A DNA stretch of 64,000 nucleotides from Candidatus Marinacidobacterales bacterium. GTDB lineage: Bacteria; Acidobacteriota; Vicinamibacteria; Marinacidobacterales; DATDRI01. How positions within the stretch are numbered: position 1 is the stretch's first letter; each line of letters begins with the position of its first letter. The position numbers and the translations under genes are program-made. Shown here piece by piece: positions 59,141-64,000 of the stretch. Location of the stretch: the NCBI GenBank assembly GCA_965226495.1, contig OZ245365.1, positions 5,024,001 to 5,088,000 on the forward strand. Direction: 5' to 3'. Under the pieces are notes generated by a model. It saw nothing but the letters and a program-made list of their open reading frames with translations, was not told the origin of the DNA and ran no database searches.

Positions 59141-60136
59141 CTACTCGACCTTGAGGGGGCGGCCCATTAGCTCGCGAATCGCTTCCCGGGGCGTGGTCTT
59201 TCCGTTGAGTAGCCGATCCATCTGAACCGTGATGGGCATCTCCACACCGTGCGCTTCCGCGAGCGACAACGTAGCCGAGGTGGTCGGAACTCCCTCCGCC
59301 ACCATCCGCATCGAGGCCAGGATTTCCTCGAGAGATTTTCCCTTCCCGAGCTCGTAGCCTACGGTGCGGTTACGAGAAAGATGTCCGGTACAGGTTAAAA
59401 CGAGATCGCCCATCCCGGCGAGCCCAGCCAGCGTTTCTCTTCGCCCGCCGAGGGCTACGCTCAGACGAGAGATCTCCGCCAACCCCCGCGTGATGAGCGC
59501 AGCGACCGGATTGTGTCCCAAACCCAGTCCCGCGCAAACCCCGGCTGCTATGGCGATGACGTTCTTCACCGCTCCCCCCAGTTCCACACCCACCACGTCG
59601 TCGTTGGTATAAACGCGAAGGGTCAACGAAGACAACTCCTCCTGAACCTTCTGCGCCAGATCCGGCCGACTACTCGCTGCCACGAGGGCGGTGGGCTGAT
59701 CCGCCGCGACTTCGCGTGCGAAGGTCGGTCCAGAGAGAGCAATCACACCGGGTCCCAAGCGATCGTTCATGACCTGCTCGATGACCTCGCTCATGCGCAA
59801 CAAGCTCTTCTCCTCGATCCCCTTGGTCGCACTTACCATGAGAGCATCGGTAGGAACGTGCGAAGCGGCCTGCTCCAAAACCTTCCTCAAATGTTGGGAA
59901 GGCACGGCCATTAGGACCACGTCGGCATCGCGGGTCGCCTCCTCGAGATCGTTGGTGACTTGTAAAGCGGCGGGAAGCTCCACACCGGGAAGGAAGATCT
60001 CGTTGGCCCGCCGGTTCCGTATGGAGTCGACGACCTCGGCTTCGAACGCCCAAAGGCGCACCTGGTGATGTTGTCGGGCGGCGAGGCGGGCCAGAGCGGT
60101 ACCCCAGCCCCCCGCTCCAATGATAGCGATACGCAT
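59141..60136 (-). CDS. gpsA: NAD(P)H-dependent glycerol-3-phosphate dehydrogenase
   Basis: GAGGWGTALA, AVPS, KGIE, SGPTFA.EV, GVELGGAVKN, GLAG.GDL.LTC...SRN. Confidence 0.96.
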   Translation of the reverse strand: MRIAIIGAGGWGTALARLAARQHHQVRLWAFEAEVVDSIRNRRANEIFLPGVELPAALQVTNDLEEATRDADVVLMAVPSQHLRKVLEQAASHVPTDALMVSATKGIEEKSLLRMSEVIEQVMNDRLGPGVIALSGPTFAREVAADQPTALVAASSRPDLAQKVQEELSSLTLRVYTNDDVVGVELGGAVKNVIAIAAGVCAGLGLGHNPVAALITRGLAEISRLSVALGGRRETLAGLAGMGDLVLTCTGHLSRNRTVGYELGKGKSLEEILASMRMVAEGVPTTSATLSLAEAHGVEMPITVQMDRLLNGKTTPREAIRELMGRPLKVE

Positions 60137-60153
60137 CGCGGCGGCCTTCCGCT

Positions 60154-60264
60154 TCAGCGGTCTTGTTTGCCCGCTTGAACCATGAAGTAAATGAACCCGC
60201 CCCAGACTCCGATGAGAACCACTGCCATCATGATGTAACCGGAAAGTTCCACGTCAGTCTCCAT
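60154..60264 (-). CDS. MetS-family small subunit of NSS transporter (36 aa, not in ORF track)
   Basis: METDVELSGYIMMAVVLIGVWGGFIYFMVQAGKQDR: single TM helix with WGG motif, overlapping the stop of the NSS gene. Confidence 0.8.
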   Translation of the reverse strand: METDVELSGYIMMAVVLIGVWGGFIYFMVQAGKQDR

Positions 60265-61717
60265 CGCCGGCGCCGACTCGTGTCGCCCACCATCGGTTCA
60301 GAAAAAGTAGCACAACGATCACGAGGCCCCATTGAACGACAGCGGTGCCAACACTGTAAGTATGGAAAGGATTCCACCAACCCTCGGGGTCTAGGGTGGT
60401 CGCCGCCTGGTAGAACCACCAGACCACGAGGGCGGCGAACTCTAGCGGAATGAGAATCGTCATCACCAGCACGAACCATCGTCCGACCGGGTGCCTCTCT
60501 TCCGGGGTATTGATGAGCTCCCTCCTAAAACGGTCGACGCCGTATCGTATGACGGCGATGGAGATAAACATTCCAGAAACGAGCAGGCCTAGTCCCCACA
60601 CCCAGTCTTGGTTCTCCAAGAAGCCCATCTTCCACGCCGAAGGCAGCCCGAGTACGAACCCCAACACGCCGACCAACGAGACCGCAGTCGTCCGCCGCAC
60701 ACCAAGGTCCACGAACATGCGGGTGGCCATTTCAATCATCGCGATCAGCGACGACATGGCGGCAAAACTGAGCGCTAAAAAGAACAGAGCGAGGAACACC
60801 CTTCCCGCCGGAATCTGTGCGAAGAGCTGCGGCAACCAAATGAAAGTGAGTCCGTAGTTGCCCGCTCCCAAGGCTTCGCGCGCTTGTGCTTCGGGAAGAA
60901 CCGAGAAGACAGTGCACATGATAGCGATCCCCGCCAACAAAGACGCCGCGTAGTCACCGAACGCGATGGTGTAGCTGGTCAGCACGAAGTCGTCCTTCTT
61001 GCGAAGATAGACACCATACGTCATGACTAAGCCCCAGCCCGCTCCGGTGCTCCATGCCGACTGGGTCAGGGCCTCCAGCCAAATCCGATAGCTCAGAAGG
61101 TCACTCCACACCGGAGTGAAAAGAAAGCCCAATCCTTTGATAGCGTCATCCAACGTGACGGCCCGCACCGCGGCGACGAAGAGCAAAAGGAACAGGAGGG
61201 GTATCAGAATCCGATTCGTCCATTCGATTCCCCGCACCACGCCGCGATAGATGATGAGGCAACCGATCACCATCGCCAGCAAATGAAAGACGACTGGCTC
61301 GAACCCGCCCCTCGTGAAGCTCTGCCAATGCGCTTCCGAATCACTCGCCATCGTCCCTGAGCCAAGCGTGGCGAAGAAATATTTGAGACACCAGCCCGTG
61401 ACCACCGAGTAGTAGAACAAGATGAAACACGTGCACACACCCACGAAGGCGCCCATCCAGTTGTACTTCTTGCCGATCAGATGGCCGATCGCCCCAGCCG
61501 GCCCCCTTCGCGTGTGCTTCCCGAGAGCGAACTCGGATAACACCAATGGAACCGACCACGCGAACATGAAAACCAGCCACGCGATGAGGAAGGCGCCACC
61601 GCCGTTGGCCGCGGCCACGCGTGGAAACCGCCAGATGTTTCCCGTGCCTACCGCCATCCCGATGGCGGCAAGCAGAATGCCCCAGCGTGAGCTAAAGAGG
61701 TCTTGGTGCTCTTTCAT
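60254..61717 (-). CDS. Sodium-dependent transporter (NSS/SNF family)
   Basis: GMAVGTGNIWRFP, NGGG.F, YYSVV.GW, GL.FI.LP, AA.SS. Confidence 0.93.
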   Translation of the reverse strand: MKEHQDLFSSRWGILLAAIGMAVGTGNIWRFPRVAAANGGGAFLIAWLVFMFAWSVPLVLSEFALGKHTRRGPAGAIGHLIGKKYNWMGAFVGVCTCFILFYYSVVTGWCLKYFFATLGSGTMASDSEAHWQSFTRGGFEPVVFHLLAMVIGCLIIYRGVVRGIEWTNRILIPLLFLLLFVAAVRAVTLDDAIKGLGFLFTPVWSDLLSYRIWLEALTQSAWSTGAGWGLVMTYGVYLRKKDDFVLTSYTIAFGDYAASLLAGIAIMCTVFSVLPEAQAREALGAGNYGLTFIWLPQLFAQIPAGRVFLALFFLALSFAAMSSLIAMIEMATRMFVDLGVRRTTAVSLVGVLGFVLGLPSAWKMGFLENQDWVWGLGLLVSGMFISIAVIRYGVDRFRRELINTPEERHPVGRWFVLVMTILIPLEFAALVVWWFYQAATTLDPEGWWNPFHTYSVGTAVVQWGLVIVVLLFLNRWWATRVGAGDGD

Positions 61718-61798
61718 TCGAGGGGCCCCCAACGGGAGCCTATTCTAACAGGCCCAGTTACATATAATGACCCCCTGTTACTAAGATAGGAGGAAGAC

Positions 61799-63088
61799 AT
61801 GAAGCGTGCGCTGTACATGGTTGCGATCTTGACGGTTCTCGGCTCACCGAGCGTGGCCGCCTCCGAGGAAAACCCACTTCTCATACGGGCCGACCGCATC
61901 ATCGATGGCACGAGCGGCGAGCCGATCGAAGGAGCTCTCATCTTGGTGGAAGGGGATAAGATCAGTGCCGTCGGAGCCAACGTTCGACCGCCGGCCAACG
62001 CCGAGGTGCTCGACCTCTCGGGCCATACTGTGCTTCCCGGCCTGATCGATAGTCATACTCATATCTGCCTCGCCCCCGACTACGGCTCGAATAACCCAGT
62101 TCTCAACAAGTCGGTGGCGTTTCGAACCTTGGAAGGAGCGGCCGCCGCGCGGGCCGCACTGGAAGCAGGTTTCACGACTCTCCGAGATGTCGATAACGAG
62201 GGCGCGGGATTCGCCGACGTCGCAATACGAGACGCCATCAACCAGAACCTCATCCCGGGCCCCCGTTTACTGGTCTCCACGCTTGCCCTCAGCATTACCG
62301 GGGGTCACATGAACCACACCGGCCTCGCTCCCGAAATCGACGAACGCGTGCCGCAACTCGCGGTGATGACGGACACCACCGACGAAATGGTCAAAGAGGT
62401 CCGACGGCAGATTAAGTACGGAGCGGATTGGATCAAGATCTATGCAACCGGCACTCTTCGACACATCGATCGCGAGACCATGGAACCGCTTCCTCAACTG
62501 AGCGAGGAGCAGGTCCGCGCGATCGTAGAAGAGGCCAGTCGCTGGAGGAAGGATGTGGCGGCCCACGCCTACGGCGGAGACGGTGCCCGTGCCTCCGTGC
62601 TAGGAGGCGTTCGGTCGATCGAGCACGGAATGTTGCTCGATGAATCCATCCTTTCACTCATGGCCGACAGGGGGACGTTTTGGTGCCCGACGCTGTCCGT
62701 TTTCGCCCCTCGAACGCCGGAAGAAGAGGCAGATTCGTTCTTCCAACGCATTCAAGTGCGGCAACGGAGAGCGTTCCAAAAGGGAATGGAGTTGGGCGTC
62801 AAGATCGTCTTCGGGACCGATGCCGGTGCCATCCGGCATGGAGACAACGCGGTGGAGTTTCTTCACATGGTGCGGTTGGGTATGGATCCCATGGTGGCCA
62901 TCCAGTCCGCCACCTCTCTCGCTGCCGAGCTCCTGCGTCTCGAAGATACAATCGGCGCCATCAAACCGGGATTGCAGGCGGATTTGATCGCTGTTCGCAG
63001 CGACCCGCTCGCCGATATTCGAGCCCTACAGGACGTTGTCTTCGTGATGAAAGGCGGGAAGATCGTGAAGCGCCCGTCCACTAATTAA
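61799..63088 (+). CDS. Amidohydrolase family protein (Xaa-Pro dipeptidase-like)
   Basis: PGLIDSHTH, GFTT.RD, GAD.IK, AHA, SIEHG, FGTDAG, G..ADLI; signal peptide. Confidence 0.92.
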   Translation: MKRALYMVAILTVLGSPSVAASEENPLLIRADRIIDGTSGEPIEGALILVEGDKISAVGANVRPPANAEVLDLSGHTVLPGLIDSHTHICLAPDYGSNNPVLNKSVAFRTLEGAAAARAALEAGFTTLRDVDNEGAGFADVAIRDAINQNLIPGPRLLVSTLALSITGGHMNHTGLAPEIDERVPQLAVMTDTTDEMVKEVRRQIKYGADWIKIYATGTLRHIDRETMEPLPQLSEEQVRAIVEEASRWRKDVAAHAYGGDGARASVLGGVRSIEHGMLLDESILSLMADRGTFWCPTLSVFAPRTPEEEADSFFQRIQVRQRRAFQKGMELGVKIVFGTDAGAIRHGDNAVEFLHMVRLGMDPMVAIQSATSLAAELLRLEDTIGAIKPGLQADLIAVRSDPLADIRALQDVVFVMKGGKIVKRPSTN

Positions 63089-63174
63089 TCCGATTCGAGC
63101 TTGCGCGGTTTCTTTTAGATTTCTCCAGATAGAGATGCTGATCCTACCCCACTGACGCCGCTACTTTTGCCTCT

Positions 63175-63203
63175 TTGACCGCCGCTCGAGGGGGGCCCAT
63201 AAT
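63175..63203 (+). promoter_or_regulatory. Putative sigma70 promoter 8 nt before ATG (leaderless)
   Basis: TTGACC-17 nt-CATAAT, ATG at 63212. Confidence 0.6.
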
Positions 63204-63211
63204 CCACCCAC

Positions 63212-64000
63212 ATGCTCTTCGCCGCGATACTCGGCCTCATTCTCATCCTTATCTGCTCCGCTTTTTTCTCCGGCTCGGAGACCGCCCTCATGTCCCTCAA
63301 CCGGTATCGGTTGCGGCACCTGGAAGAGCGGCACGGCCCTATCGCGACCACGATTCGAGAAGTCCTCAGCTATCCGGAGAAGGTCTTGGCGACGATACTC
63401 ACCGGCAACGTGTTCGTAAATACCGCCGCGGCGGCACTCGTCACCTACGTGGTCACCACGCGGGCAACCGACCCCGAAGAGGGGGCTGCTGCACTCACCA
63501 TCGCGACCTTCCTCCTAACCGCTCTCATCCTCGTCTTCGGCGAGATGATCCCTAAGAGCGTCGCGGCGCGCCATGCGGAAGGCTGGTCGTTTATCGTTAT
63601 CCGGCCCATCGTCTTCTTCATCAAGGTCTTGGGACCGTTGGTCAAACTTCTGACCCTCATTTCGACGGGTTTTCTGCGCTTGCTCGGTGAGCCACTGCGT
63701 CCCTTCCGCCACGAGATGACTCTCGAGGAGCTCAAGCCCCTCATACAGGCCGGAGGGGGAACCGGCGAGGAGACGGGGGGGAAACGCCAAATGCTTCGCA
63801 AGGTGTTCGAGCTCGGTGAGACACGAGTCTCCGAGGTCATGGTGCCACGGACCGAGATCGTGGCCGTCGAGGTGGATTCTCCGCTCGACGACATCGTTGC
63901 GCTCATTCAGAAACACCGCCTATCCCGCATACCGGTTTACCGCGACACCCTGGACACCATCGAAGGCCTCGTCTACTCGAAGGACCTGATCGCCCACTGG
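63212..64000 (+). CDS. CNNM/DUF21-CBS (HlyC/CorC-like) membrane protein, 3' partial
   Basis: Translated by hand: SAFFSGSETALMSL, TIL.GN.FVN, FGEMIPK, VMVPR.EI, SRIPVY. Runs off window end. Confidence 0.9.
   Translation, partial: MLFAAILGLILILICSAFFSGSETALMSLNRYRLRHLEERHGPIATTIREVLSYPEKVLATILTGNVFVNTAAAALVTYVVTTRATDPEEGAAALTIATFLLTALILVFGEMIPKSVAARHAEGWSFIVIRPIVFFIKVLGPLVKLLTLISTGFLRLLGEPLRPFRHEMTLEELKPLIQAGGGTGEETGGKRQMLRKVFELGETRVSEVMVPRTEIVAVEVDSPLDDIVALIQKHRLSRIPVYRDTLDTIEGLVYSKDLIAHW

Overview
GC-rich bacterial chromosomal segment, most likely Acidobacteriota/Vicinamibacteria-like. This taxonomy is inferred from an ADOP-type duplicated permease and a Ser/Thr kinase-TolB architecture. Contents in order: a degraded kinase gene; an isoprenoid-synthase/glycosyltransferase operon; a dipeptidase, DUF885, NhaC and ADOP permease; an iodotyrosine-deiodinase-like nitroreductase; an envelope-modification cluster with two GT-C-like proteins and egtD; a PilZ protein; a liu/atu-like acyl-CoA carboxylase operon; a DAHP synthase-prephenate dehydratase fusion; yebC-ruvC-ruvA-(MutS-like)-ruvB-queA-gmhA; a GNAT, an SbnI-like kinase and DinB; a liv-type ABC transporter; a histone-H1-like basic protein; futalosine-pathway genes mqnP-E-A-C; gpsA; an NSS transporter with an unannotated MetS-like small subunit; an amidohydrolase; and a partial CNNM/CBS gene. 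I saw no rRNA, tRNA, CRISPR array or transposase. The strongest non-obvious signals are: (1) a Phe-rich 17-aa uORF with promoter and overlapping hairpin directly upstream of the aroF-pheA fusion, a candidate attenuator; (2) a dispersed repeat family with an invariant GGGG-GTGGGG-CCCC core and co-varying stem, one copy inserted inside a CDS; (3) MITE-like elements sitting on stop codons in the mqn operon; (4) in-frame 9-bp (A/P)DR microsatellites; (5) several sigma70 promoters abutting start codons (leaderless or short-leader mRNAs). All calls come from motif recognition by eye; no database searches were run.
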